A DNA stretch of 64,000 bases. It comes from an uncultured bacterium (GTDB taxonomy: Bacteria; Patescibacteriota; Minisyncoccia; Phycocordibacterales; UBA9973). This document shows positions 39,610 to 49,643 of this stretch, piece by piece. Position 1 is the stretch's first letter. Every line of letters begins with the position of its first letter. The notes under the pieces are model-generated. The model had not been told where the DNA came from. It saw nothing but the letters and a program-made list of their open reading frames with translations, and did no database searches. The position numbers were made by a program, and so were the translations under genes. Location of the stretch: positions 16,927 through 80,926 of the forward strand of contig CAITQP010000016.1 of assembly GCA_903894565.1 (NCBI GenBank), read 5' to 3'.

Positions 39610-41322
39610 ATGAAAAAAGTTATCAACGAAATACAAAAAGCAACGTCGACAAAACGACGATATAAAAATCCGATGATCGAACCGGACGAGATTTTTCTTG
39701 ATTCTCAAAATCTTCCGCAGTTTGATACACAGCAATTCGAGGGGCAGATGGAACGTCCGCTTGAGCGTAAAGCGTTGTTTAGTGTCGGTGTTGCGTTTCT
39801 CGTTATTGCTATTATCTTTGCGAGCAAGTTGTGGTTTCTCCAAGTCAAAAATACTGCGTCATATAAACATTTAGCGGAAAATAATAGTTTGTCGAGCGAG
39901 CCAATTTTCGCATCGCGTGGCAATATTTACGATCGAAACAATGTTCCTCTTGCGTGGAACGATACTCGTACAGATGACGCTCCGTGGGGACAGCGTTCAT
40001 ATATATCAAGTCCAGGATTTTCGAATCTCCTTGGTTATATTGGATATCCGCAAAGAGATAAGTCTGGCAACTATTGGCAAACAGAGATGACGGGAAAAGA
40101 TGGGGTTGAAAAAGCATTTAATACAGAGCTCAATGGCTCGAACGGCTCGACGATTGTCGAGCGAGATATTACGGGCAAAGTACAAGGCGGTACTATTGTC
40201 GACGAACCGGTAGCGGGGAAAAATTTGACGCTTACCATTGATTCACGATTGCAAACAAAAATGCAACAAGTTCTCGCAGACTATGTAAATCGAGCTGGCT
40301 TTCGGAGTGGCTCTGCCGTCATGATGGACGTACGTAATGGTGACGTTATCGCGATGACGAATGTTCCTGAGTATGATTCGAATGTTATGGCGAGTGGTAC
40401 AAATTCAGCAAAAATTCATGAGTATTTAAACGATTCGCGAACGCCACTCTTAAACCGCGCTATCTCTGGTCTGTTTACTCCTGGTTCTATCGTGAAGCCA
40501 TACATTGCACTTGAAGCTCTGAAGGAAGGAGTGGTTACTCCGAATACGCTTATTTGTTCCTGCGGTTCGATTACTGTTCCAAACCCGTACGATCCGGCAC
40601 ATCCAGGAGTATTTCGTGATTACAATCCAAACAATGGTATCGTTGATATTCGAAAAGCTATCGCGATTTCCTCAAACATTTTTTTTATGGAAGTTTCGGG
40701 TGGATATCATGCACAAAAGGGAATTGGTATTGATAATCTCGATATTGCACTGCAACGGTTTGGTTTGACGAGCAAAACTGGCATTGATCTTGGTGGCGAG
40801 CAGTCCGGCAATATCCCAAGTCCAGCATGGAAGGCGCAAAAATTCGCTGGCGAAAGCTGGCGTATTGGAGATACCTACAACACTGCGATTGGGCAATACA
40901 GTGTAGTTGTTACTCCTCTTGAAATGGCGCGTTCGGTTGCAGCTGTTTCCCGAAACGGAGTGCTCGTCACTCCTCATGTACTGAAAGATGCACCGATAGT
41001 TGAAACCAAGATCACTGATGTTCCTCAAGATGAGTATCAAGTTGTGCATGAAGGAATGCGTATGGGAGCGACAATCGGCACAGGAAAGATTCTTGCTGGG
41101 TTGCCTTTTACCGCAGGTTCAAAAACGGGAACAGCGCAAGTCGGATCAAACGCACAGTATGTCAACGCGTGGATGAATGCTTTTTTTCCATACGAGGATC
41201 CACATTATGTACTGGTGATTTTGACTGAACGTGGACCACAAAATGGTCTTGGCGCGTCACAACATGTCGCATATGATTTCTTAAGTTGGGTTGCTCAGAA
41301 TGCTCCTGAATACACAAAATAG
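39610..41322 (+). CDS. mrdA: penicillin-binding protein 2 (peptidoglycan D,D-transpeptidase)
   Basis: N-terminal TM. SxxK (GSIVKP), SxN (SSN), KTGTA motifs. Confidence 0.85.
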   Translation: MKKVINEIQKATSTKRRYKNPMIEPDEIFLDSQNLPQFDTQQFEGQMERPLERKALFSVGVAFLVIAIIFASKLWFLQVKNTASYKHLAENNSLSSEPIFASRGNIYDRNNVPLAWNDTRTDDAPWGQRSYISSPGFSNLLGYIGYPQRDKSGNYWQTEMTGKDGVEKAFNTELNGSNGSTIVERDITGKVQGGTIVDEPVAGKNLTLTIDSRLQTKMQQVLADYVNRAGFRSGSAVMMDVRNGDVIAMTNVPEYDSNVMASGTNSAKIHEYLNDSRTPLLNRAISGLFTPGSIVKPYIALEALKEGVVTPNTLICSCGSITVPNPYDPAHPGVFRDYNPNNGIVDIRKAIAISSNIFFMEVSGGYHAQKGIGIDNLDIALQRFGLTSKTGIDLGGEQSGNIPSPAWKAQKFAGESWRIGDTYNTAIGQYSVVVTPLEMARSVAAVSRNGVLVTPHVLKDAPIVETKITDVPQDEYQVVHEGMRMGATIGTGKILAGLPFTAGSKTGTAQVGSNAQYVNAWMNAFFPYEDPHYVLVILTERGPQNGLGASQHVAYDFLSWVAQNAPEYTK

Positions 41323-41323
41323 T

Positions 41324-42346
41324 ATGAATACATCCGTACGAATAATTGAAGACGAGAAGGAGCGTGAGGCGTATGATGCATGCGCGATTCATCCGATGCA
41401 ATCCTGGGCATGGGGCGATGTTCGAATTGCCACAGGGATACGTGTTGTGCGTTTTGGACGGTATGATGGTGAACGACTGAGTGCTGTGTATCAAATGACT
41501 GTACACAAGCTTCCGAAGGTTTCATTTTTCATCGGATATATTCCACGTTCAGGAATTCCAGACAAAGAAACTGAATCCTTTCTCGCAGATTGGGCAAGAA
41601 AAGAAAAGATTATTTTTATAAAGTGGGAACCATATCAGGAACTCGCTTCTGATATGGGTCACGAGAAGCTCTCAGATATATTTTCTTCGATGCGCATTTC
41701 ACATCACCCGTTGTTCACGGAATGGAATCAAGAGGTTGATCTGACAGCTAGCGCGGATGAGATTTTGAAACGATTCAAAAAAAATACGCGCTATTCGATT
41801 CGACATGCTGAACAAGCTGGAGTGACAACATGCGAAATGAGTACCGACGAAGGATTTCAGATTTTTGCTGATTTATATTTTTCGACGGCAAATCGCCAAA
41901 AATATCACGGACACACGCGGAAATATCACGAAACGATTTGGCGAGTGCTCTCACGTGCAGGAATTGCAAGAATTTTTGTTGCCTACTACGAAGGAAAACC
42001 GCATGCTGCATATGAAATCTTCTTTTGGCACGATCGCGCCTATTATCCATACAGTGGCAGTTCTTCGACCGATCGACATATTCCCGCAACACAATATTTG
42101 ATGTGGCATGTCATCCAAGAAGCCAAAAAGAGTGGGGCAAAAACACTCGATTTGTGGGGGAGTCTTCCGCCGGAGTATGACAAAAAACACCCATGGGCTG
42201 GATTTACATTGTTCAAAAGTGGGTTTGGAACACGCTTCGTGCATATGCATCCGAGCACTGATCAGGTGATTTTTGGTGGATTGTATCGACTCTATTCGAT
42301 TGCATACATGCTCCGCGCACTCATTTGGAAGGGCGGAATCGTCTGA
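41324..42346 (+). CDS. FemAB-family peptidoglycan interpeptide-bridge aminoacyltransferase
   Basis: FemAB-type acyltransferase fold signature. Start abuts mrdA stop. Confidence 0.7.
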   Translation: MNTSVRIIEDEKEREAYDACAIHPMQSWAWGDVRIATGIRVVRFGRYDGERLSAVYQMTVHKLPKVSFFIGYIPRSGIPDKETESFLADWARKEKIIFIKWEPYQELASDMGHEKLSDIFSSMRISHHPLFTEWNQEVDLTASADEILKRFKKNTRYSIRHAEQAGVTTCEMSTDEGFQIFADLYFSTANRQKYHGHTRKYHETIWRVLSRAGIARIFVAYYEGKPHAAYEIFFWHDRAYYPYSGSSSTDRHIPATQYLMWHVIQEAKKSGAKTLDLWGSLPPEYDKKHPWAGFTLFKSGFGTRFVHMHPSTDQVIFGGLYRLYSIAYMLRALIWKGGIV

Positions 42347-42486
42347 TGGTATAAGGGTTTTTGACATCGTCTCATATATCGAATATAATTTGTCGTCACT
42401 CAAATTTGCCCTCCTGCGATCCGTCGCTCGGTGGGTTTTCATTTGGTTGAACGTTCCCTTTACGAATCACTAATCTGTAACCGCAT

Positions 42487-42954
42487 ATGGACTCAGGAAA
42501 AAATTACATTACTACCGAAAAGCGTGCAGAGCTTGAGAAAGAGCTTCTCTCGCTTCAGACTGAAAAGCGCAAGGAAATTCTAGAAGCTCTTGAATTCGCA
42601 AAGTCACTTGGCGATCTTTCTGAAAATGCTGAATATCACCAGGCACGTGAAGAGCAAGGCAAACTCGAAGAGCGCATTTCTGCAATCGAACACATTCTTC
42701 GAAATTCAATCGTCATCAAGAAACACCATTCAGCGACCGTTGATGTTGGATCAACGGTGACAGTCCAAAAAGAAGGCGACAAGAACAAGCAAACATTCCA
42801 GATTGTCGGAAGTGAAGAAGCTGATTTTGCGTCTGGACGTATTTCAAACAATTCTCCACTTGGCATGGCACTTCATGGCAAGAAGCCAGGTGACAAAGCA
42901 AACTTCAAGACTCCAAAAGGTGAAACTGTATACAAAGTAATTAGTATTGAATAA
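42487..42954 (+). CDS. greA: transcription elongation factor GreA
   Basis: LGDLSENAEYHQAREEQ coiled-coil motif and FKBP-like C-terminal domain. Confidence 0.9.
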   Translation: MDSGKNYITTEKRAELEKELLSLQTEKRKEILEALEFAKSLGDLSENAEYHQAREEQGKLEERISAIEHILRNSIVIKKHHSATVDVGSTVTVQKEGDKNKQTFQIVGSEEADFASGRISNNSPLGMALHGKKPGDKANFKTPKGETVYKVISIE

Positions 42955-42959
42955 TAAAA

Positions 42960-42988
42960 ACGCCTCTATTACATAGAGGCGTTTTTAT
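42960..42988 (+). terminator. Intrinsic terminator after greA
   Basis: ACGCCTCTAT-TAC-ATAGAGGCGT hairpin plus T-tract. Confidence 0.7.
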
Positions 42989-43002
42989 ATATACTTACGC
43001 AT

Positions 43003-44271
43003 ATGTCGTCAGTTTTCGAACAAGGAATGAATACGGGTCCGCTCTCAGAGAACAATGCTGAGAATATTTCTTTTTTGCGAGTTGAGAAAATTGCGAAAGA
43101 AATAAAAGAAAAATCATTTACTGATCCTGAAACTCGAGTACTTTTTGATCAATGGCTCGATGAGCGCGAAGCATGGTCTACCAAAGAAAATACTGTACGA
43201 TCACAGGTAATTGTTTGTATGGAACAAGCAGGTATTTTTGCCATGGCGGGTCAATACGAACAGGCACTTGAGTTCTTGCGTGGTGCGGATGATATTGCAT
43301 ATCAAGAGGGTGATGAGCTCAGCGATCTCTATGATCTTATTTTTAATATGGCAACGGAGATCAAGGAATTAGCTACAGCGAGTATTGAAAATGTTCGAGA
43401 AGAAGAATTTCAAGAGAACCTTGCTCCAGAAGTTTTTCTCACTCCTTCTCCGGCCGAAGGCAAGAAAATTCGAAAACTCAAAATAGGTAGTATTGATCTG
43501 CCGACCTCTCTCATTGTTGAGGAGGGACGTTTTCGTTTGAATGGTAAAGATACTGCTACGAACGAGGGAGTGATTATGTCCGGACGCGAGGCTATTACAG
43601 AGCGAGGAGGTATATATAAAATAAATCACTTCAATGTTACGCCCGGTCTTCTGAATGAAGATGGAACAAGCCTAGATGTGAAAAAGGCGCTTCTCAAAGA
43701 ACTAGAATCAAATTTGAAAATTCGTGTATCCGCGGGGAATGTTCGTACGGCGGCAATTTATGCAACCACATCGAATCCTGACGAGGTTACTCTTTTTCTT
43801 GAGAACGGCTACACCGCTGTCTCTCCTGATTCATTGGATGAAGAGACTCGTAGGGTGCTTAAAATTAGCAAGAACGAAGGAACAGTACTGTCTCGCGAAT
43901 TAAAACAACAGACGATGGAATGCGTGAGAATGGCAAAAGAGCTCGCTCTGCGAACGGAAGGTTTTCCGTTCGCAGGAATTACTGACGAAGCATATGTCTC
44001 ACTCAAAGAGATTGAATTTGATGATCCCGACCATATGTATTCGGTTGAGACAGATCCGCTTCTTGAAAAATTTGAGCGTGATGGCATGAAATTGATTCTA
44101 GCCAAAGATGATATTGATAGTCCGAATATGTACTTTTTGCCGAACGGGAACGAAGATTCTGATCGATCAGAAGAGTCCTTGCCCCCAAACTATATTTCAA
44201 TAAAAGACGATATGGACGACCTGCTTAAGAATTTCCTCACACTGTTTAAGGCGCGGTTTGGCAAAAAGTAA
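43003..44271 (+). CDS. hypothetical protein (422 aa, acidic, cytoplasmic)
   Basis: Long ORF with coding-like composition. No recognisable motif. Confidence 0.55.
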   Translation: MSSVFEQGMNTGPLSENNAENISFLRVEKIAKEIKEKSFTDPETRVLFDQWLDEREAWSTKENTVRSQVIVCMEQAGIFAMAGQYEQALEFLRGADDIAYQEGDELSDLYDLIFNMATEIKELATASIENVREEEFQENLAPEVFLTPSPAEGKKIRKLKIGSIDLPTSLIVEEGRFRLNGKDTATNEGVIMSGREAITERGGIYKINHFNVTPGLLNEDGTSLDVKKALLKELESNLKIRVSAGNVRTAAIYATTSNPDEVTLFLENGYTAVSPDSLDEETRRVLKISKNEGTVLSRELKQQTMECVRMAKELALRTEGFPFAGITDEAYVSLKEIEFDDPDHMYSVETDPLLEKFERDGMKLILAKDDIDSPNMYFLPNGNEDSDRSEESLPPNYISIKDDMDDLLKNFLTLFKARFGKK

Positions 44272-44294
44272 CTCTACGGGTATACTCCCTCTAT

Positions 44295-45752
44295 ATGGCA
44301 TCAATAGAAGAACTTCGGGCAGAACGCCTCACCAAGCTTGAGAAACTGGCTTCGGCTGGGATGGACGCGTATCCAGCGCGCGTAGCGCGCGACTATCCGC
44401 TCGACTATGTTCGAACGGAATTTACAGGACTTGAGACTTCGGGTAAAACATTCTCGATTGCCGGACGTGTAATGGCGATTCGCGGACAAGGCGCGATTCT
44501 CTTTGTCGTGCTCGACGATGGCACTGCTAAATTTCAGTGTGTATTCAAGAAAGACACGCTCGACGAAAAGCTTTTTTCACTTTTTGAATCAACCGTAGAC
44601 ATGGGAGATTTCATTTCCGTATCAGGAACATTCTTTACGACTCAGCGAGGCGAGCCGTCACTTCTTGCGACAGGTTGGACTATGGCTACCAAGAGCTTGC
44701 TCCCACTTCCAGAAAAATGGCATGGTATCACTGATCCCGACGAGCGTTTTCGCAAACGATATCTCGATATCGTGATGAATCCAGAACTTCGTGATTTGTT
44801 TTATAAAAAAGCCGAGTTTTGGAAATCCACACGCAACTTCATGCTTGAACACGGATTCCTTGAAGTTGAAACTCCAACACTTGAACTCACGACGGGTGGA
44901 GCCGAAGCAAATCCGTTCAAGACATATCACAAAGATTTTGATGTGAGTGTGTTTCTTCGTATCTCAATCGGTGAACTCTGGCAGAAGCGTCTGATGGCAG
45001 CAGGATTTCCAAAGACATTTGAGATCGGGCGTGCATACCGCAACGAGGGCACGAGTCCAGAGCACTTGCAGGAATTCACCAATATGGAATTCTATTGGGC
45101 GTATGCTGATTACAAAGATGGCATGAAGATCACACAACAGCTCTATCAGAAAATCGCCCTCGACGTATTCGGCAAAACCGAGTTTACTACACGCGGTCAT
45201 ACATTTGATCTCGCCGGAGAATGGCCAGTTGTTGAATATGTTTCTGAAATACAAAATCAAACTGGCATCGACGTACTCACGGCAAGTGTCGAAGACATGA
45301 AAGCAAAACTCGACACACTCAAGGTCAAATACGAAGGCACGAATCGTGAACGATTGACTGATACACTTTGGAAATATTGCCGAAAGAATATCGCGGGCCC
45401 AGCATTTCTCGTACATCATCCAAAACTCGTATCGCCACTCGCCAAGGAATCAAAAGAGCGTCCAGGTACTGTGGAGCGTTTCCAGGTGTTGCTCGCTGGA
45501 AGTGAAGTAGGGAACGGGTTTAGTGAATTGAACGATCCAATCGATCAACGCGCTCGATTTGAATTGCAACAAAAACTTCTCGAAGAAGGTGACGAAGAGG
45601 CCATGATGCCAGAATGGGAATTCGTCGACATGCTCGAACATGGCATGCCACCAACGTGCGGTTTCGGATTTGGAGAGAGACTCTTCGCCTTTATGGTAGA
45701 CAAGCCACTTCGCGAAACTCAGCTTTTCCCTCTGATGCGTCCGAAGGAATAG
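44295..45752 (+). CDS. lysS: lysine--tRNA ligase, class II
   Basis: OB-fold anticodon-binding N-terminus. Class II motifs (FLEVETP, GRAYRNEG, EFTNMEFYWAY, GFGERL). Confidence 0.9.
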   Translation: MASIEELRAERLTKLEKLASAGMDAYPARVARDYPLDYVRTEFTGLETSGKTFSIAGRVMAIRGQGAILFVVLDDGTAKFQCVFKKDTLDEKLFSLFESTVDMGDFISVSGTFFTTQRGEPSLLATGWTMATKSLLPLPEKWHGITDPDERFRKRYLDIVMNPELRDLFYKKAEFWKSTRNFMLEHGFLEVETPTLELTTGGAEANPFKTYHKDFDVSVFLRISIGELWQKRLMAAGFPKTFEIGRAYRNEGTSPEHLQEFTNMEFYWAYADYKDGMKITQQLYQKIALDVFGKTEFTTRGHTFDLAGEWPVVEYVSEIQNQTGIDVLTASVEDMKAKLDTLKVKYEGTNRERLTDTLWKYCRKNIAGPAFLVHHPKLVSPLAKESKERPGTVERFQVLLAGSEVGNGFSELNDPIDQRARFELQQKLLEEGDEEAMMPEWEFVDMLEHGMPPTCGFGFGERLFAFMVDKPLRETQLFPLMRPKE

Positions 45753-45794
45753 CAAGCGATAAAAACGGAAAGGGGATTACATAGTAATCCCGCT

Positions 45795-45998
45795 TTAGCG
45801 ACTAACAATTTGATTGTAAGAATATCCGTCCAATGGGTCGGGATCTTTTTTGTTTTCTTCATCCTGACTATCGTCAGGATTTTTTTCTTCAACTACTTTG
45901 ACTTGCTCAGGAATTACCACCGTGACTTCTCTGAGTTGCATGTCAGTGTAATCCTTGTAGCTAAATAAACTAAATTGCCCCATAAAAGTATTTTTCAT
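45795..45998 (-). CDS. small acidic hypothetical protein
   Basis: 67-aa ORF. Confidence 0.3.
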   Translation of the reverse strand: MKNTFMGQFSLFSYKDYTDMQLREVTVVIPEQVKVVEEKNPDDSQDEENKKDPDPLDGYSYNQIVSR

Positions 45999-46069
45999 AA
46001 TTCTATAATTTTTCCGTCGTTTGTCAAAGTTTGCGTTTGGAATAAGTTATCCACCATTATCGCGCTTTG

Positions 46070-46122
46070 CGAAGTGGGACAAAGTGGAGTAAAATATGAA
46101 GTAAGTGGGGAATAGTGGGAGG
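46070..46122 (+). promoter_or_regulatory. Putative MraZ operator: four GTGGR direct repeats with 10-bp periodicity upstream of mraZ
   Basis: GTGGGA (46074), GTGGAG (46084), GTGGGG (46105), GTGGGA (46115). Known MraZ boxes are TGGGN direct repeats spaced by a helical turn. Confidence 0.5.
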
Positions 46123-46155
46123 AAAGAAGAAATCAAATTTTAGCCAGAAAATACA

Positions 46156-46590
46156 ATGTTAATCGGAGAATACATCCACAGCATCGACGAGAAAAACCGA
46201 GTCTCACTCCCGGTCAAATTTAAGACCGAACTCGGGAAGAAAGTCGTGCTTGCTCCAGGCCTCGATAATTCGATTTTCATGTTTAGTATCGATGAATGGG
46301 AGAAGATCTCATCCAAGCTCGCCGAGAATTCGATGCTTCAGGCAGACAACCGTAGTTTCAACCGTTTTATGTTCGGAGGTGCTCAAGAAGTAGAGGTCGA
46401 TAGTGCCGGGCGCATTCTCATTCCCGATTTCTTGAAAGCTCGTACAAAGCTTTCCGGTAAGGTTGCCATCATTGGTGTCCAAAATCGTGCAGAAATCTGG
46501 AATGAGAGGGCGTGGGCAAAGTACAAGGCAGGCGTCGAGAGTCAGGCAGATACGCTGGCAGAAAAACTCGGAAACGTTGGTGCTCTGTAA
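46156..46590 (+). CDS. mraZ: division/cell wall cluster transcriptional regulator MraZ
   Basis: Duplicated MraZ halves; DEKNRVSLP and DSAGRILIP motifs. Confidence 0.85.
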   Translation: MLIGEYIHSIDEKNRVSLPVKFKTELGKKVVLAPGLDNSIFMFSIDEWEKISSKLAENSMLQADNRSFNRFMFGGAQEVEVDSAGRILIPDFLKARTKLSGKVAIIGVQNRAEIWNERAWAKYKAGVESQADTLAEKLGNVGAL

Positions 46591-46595
46591 TTTGT

Positions 46596-47483
46596 ATGGA
46601 ACACGTCCCAGTCCTTTTACACGAGAGTATAGATGGTCTTCGTTTGTCCGAGGGTGCAGTCGTCGTTGATGGCACGCTCGGAGCAGGTGGTCACTCAAGT
46701 GAGATTGCTCGACGATTTGGAACTTCGGTAACTATTGTCGGATTTGATCTTGATGCTGATGCACTTGAGCTCGCGGGAGCGAGCGTCAAAGATGCAGGCG
46801 GCAAACTCGTTCCGATTCATGCGAACTTTCGCACAATCGTAAACGCGTGTGAACAGCATGGCCAGAGCGAAATCGATGGCGCATTGTTTGATCTCGGCAT
46901 TTCCTCAATGGAGATAGGCGAATCGGGTCGTGGATTTTCATTTAAGTATGATGAACCACTTCTTATGACCCTCGCGAATCCAATAACGAGCGAGACGCTC
47001 ACGGCAGCAGAAGTCGTGAACGGGATGCGCGAAAACGAACTCGCCGACATGATCTACAAGTATGGCGAAGAGCGGTTTAGTCGTCAGATTGCCAAAGCTA
47101 TTGTTTTGGCTCGACGCAAAGCAAAGATAGATTCGAGCCTTCAGCTCGCAGAAATCATTGCCGAATCAGTTCCAGCTTCATACCGAAATGGACGAATCAA
47201 TCCCGCAACGAAAACATTTCAAGCGCTCCGCATTTATGTGAATGACGAGCTTGGCGCTGCAGTAGAAGGCATTCGCGGAGCATGGAAACTGCTCAAAAAA
47301 GGCGGACGAATCGCAGTCATTACATTCCATAGTCTCGAAGATCGACTGGTCAAGAATTTATTCAAAGAACTCAAAGAAGACGGCGGGCAGATTATCACAA
47401 AGAAACCTCTCATTCCAACTCGAAAAGAAATAGAAGAAAACAAAAGGTCGCGTAGTGCAAAGTTACGAATAATCGAAAAATAA
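46596..47483 (+). CDS. rsmH: 16S rRNA (cytosine1402-N4)-methyltransferase
   Basis: HVPVLL, DGTLGAGGHS, DLGISS motifs. Start at ATG 46596 directly after mraZ. Confidence 0.85.
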   Translation: MEHVPVLLHESIDGLRLSEGAVVVDGTLGAGGHSSEIARRFGTSVTIVGFDLDADALELAGASVKDAGGKLVPIHANFRTIVNACEQHGQSEIDGALFDLGISSMEIGESGRGFSFKYDEPLLMTLANPITSETLTAAEVVNGMRENELADMIYKYGEERFSRQIAKAIVLARRKAKIDSSLQLAEIIAESVPASYRNGRINPATKTFQALRIYVNDELGAAVEGIRGAWKLLKKGGRIAVITFHSLEDRLVKNLFKELKEDGGQIITKKPLIPTRKEIEENKRSRSAKLRIIEK

Positions 47484-47487
47484 TATT

Positions 47488-47832
47488 ATGAATACAGCAT
47501 ACAAAATTCAAGAGTTCGCACTTCCAAAACAGCAATATGTAAAGCGCATTGTGTATTTTGGTCTCGCACTACTTGCGGTTTCAGTGAGTATGTACGTTTA
47601 TTTCGTAGGTAAAATTGTTTTCGATGTCGTTGGTCGTCGCACCGCAGAAGCTAGTATCCGTACTTCTCAAAGTGAAATAAGTGCCAATTCAAGCGAATAT
47701 TTTGCTAAAATGAAGGAGGTTGATATTGCGCAAGCGACCGGGCTTGGACTTGCAGTATCAAACAACACGCTCTATGCCACACGTACACTCGCATCAATCA
47801 AAACGGCAAGTGTGGCTATGGCGCATGAATAA
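47488..47832 (+). CDS. ftsL: FtsL-like cell division protein (single TM)
   Basis: Position between rsmH and ftsI. One TM helix. Confidence 0.4.
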   Translation: MNTAYKIQEFALPKQQYVKRIVYFGLALLAVSVSMYVYFVGKIVFDVVGRRTAEASIRTSQSEISANSSEYFAKMKEVDIAQATGLGLAVSNNTLYATRTLASIKTASVAMAHE

Positions 47833-47837
47833 AGCGC

Positions 47838-49634
47838 ATGGCATCCTCGGGTAATACCATCAGTCACATACGACTCATTATTGTCCTGTCAGCGATAGGA
47901 CTTTTTGCGTTGCTTATTATAGCCAAATTATTTTCCCTCCAAATAATTCACGGGGAACAATTTTCTGAACGTGCAAATCGTCAATATGCACCCTCATCAA
48001 CTGCGTCATTTGATCGAGGCAAAATTTTTGCTACAGCAAAAGATGGTAGTCTCGTAGAACTCGCGAGTGTTACGCAAGGATACAAACTTGCGATTGTTCC
48101 AAACGAATTGGTGGACAAGGAAGCAACATACAAAGCACTCGCAAACATCATTACACTTGATCATGATACGTTCATGATGCACGCAAATAAAGCGAATGAT
48201 CCATACGAAGAAATTACGACTCATCTTTCAAAAGAAAATGCAGACGCTATAAAAGCGCTCAAGATCAAAGGAATATATCTCTACCAAGATAGTTGGCGTT
48301 CCTACCCCGCCGGCACACTTGCTTCGCAAGTGGTTGGATTCGTTGGGTATAAAGGCAATATTTTGACAGGGCGATATGGATTGGAACAAGAATATAACGA
48401 TGTTTTGTCTCGAACTTCAAGTGGGCTATATACAAATTTCTTTGCAGAGGTTTTTGATAATCTGAAAGATACTTTTACGAGTAGTGAGGGGCAAGGCGAT
48501 GTTGTCACAACGATTGAACCGACAGTGCAGGCATATCTTGAACAAACGCTCCAAAGTGCAAAAAATAAATTTGTTGTGGACAAAGCAGCCGGGATTGTAA
48601 TGGATCCACATACGGGAGCTATTATTGCAATGGCTGGGCTTCCTGATTTCGATCCAAATGAATATGGTAAGGTTGTGGATGTAAGCGCATATAACAATCC
48701 TGTTGTTGAGAATGTCTACGAACTTGGATCGATCGTAAAAGGCTTGACGATGTCTGCGGGATTGGATGCGAAAGTTGTAACTCCAGCTACAACATACGAC
48801 GATAAAGGATTTTTGATTATTGATAAGGCAAAAGTAAAAAACTTCGATGGCAAAGGGCGTGGTATTATTCCGATGCAGGAGGTTTTGAACGAATCGCTCA
48901 ACACGGGTGCCGTATACGTACAACAAAAGCTTGGTAAAGATGCGTTTCGAAATTATTTTTATAAATTTGGTTTGAATTCTAAAACGGGAATCGATTTACC
49001 CGATGAAGCACAAAGTCTTGTCAAAAATTTGGAGAGCCCTCGCGACCTTGAATATGCAACAGCATCGTTCGGCCAAGGTATCGCGCTTACACCCATCGAC
49101 GCAATTCGTGCTTTCAGTGCACTTGCAAATAACGGCGTACCAGTGACTCCTCATGTTGCAAGTGAGATCCGATACCCAGCGGGAACGTCAAAAAAAATGA
49201 CTGTACCAGTCCTTGCTCCTGCTATTACACCTGATACTGTTACAACTATTGATAGAATGCTTGTCACTGCTTTCGACCAAAGTCCAGCAGGTAAGGCAGG
49301 AAAAAGTAGAAATGGAATGTGGAGCATCGCTGCGAAGACTGGAACAGCGCAAATTTCAATGGAGAATGGTGGCGGGTACTACAGTGACAGATATCTGCAC
49401 AGTATGGTAGGGTACTTCCCAGCCTATGATCCGAAGTTTATTGTTTTGATTTATCTTTACAATCCTCGGAATGCGGGTACGCTTTTCTCTTCAGGTACGG
49501 TTGCATACAGTATGGCCGATATCGCCAATTTCCTCTTGAACTATTACCAAATTCCACCTGACAGACCAGTACCTCAAGCGCCAGTACCGCAAACAACAAA
49601 AGTCGCTATACCCGCCGTAACCAAAACGCACTAA
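47838..49634 (+). CDS. ftsI: penicillin-binding protein (FtsI/PBP3-like transpeptidase)
   Basis: N-terminal TM, SxxK (GSIVKG), SxN (SLN), KTGTA. Confidence 0.8.
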   Translation: MASSGNTISHIRLIIVLSAIGLFALLIIAKLFSLQIIHGEQFSERANRQYAPSSTASFDRGKIFATAKDGSLVELASVTQGYKLAIVPNELVDKEATYKALANIITLDHDTFMMHANKANDPYEEITTHLSKENADAIKALKIKGIYLYQDSWRSYPAGTLASQVVGFVGYKGNILTGRYGLEQEYNDVLSRTSSGLYTNFFAEVFDNLKDTFTSSEGQGDVVTTIEPTVQAYLEQTLQSAKNKFVVDKAAGIVMDPHTGAIIAMAGLPDFDPNEYGKVVDVSAYNNPVVENVYELGSIVKGLTMSAGLDAKVVTPATTYDDKGFLIIDKAKVKNFDGKGRGIIPMQEVLNESLNTGAVYVQQKLGKDAFRNYFYKFGLNSKTGIDLPDEAQSLVKNLESPRDLEYATASFGQGIALTPIDAIRAFSALANNGVPVTPHVASEIRYPAGTSKKMTVPVLAPAITPDTVTTIDRMLVTAFDQSPAGKAGKSRNGMWSIAAKTGTAQISMENGGGYYSDRYLHSMVGYFPAYDPKFIVLIYLYNPRNAGTLFSSGTVAYSMADIANFLLNYYQIPPDRPVPQAPVPQTTKVAIPAVTKTH

Positions 49635-49643
49635 CCCATATCT

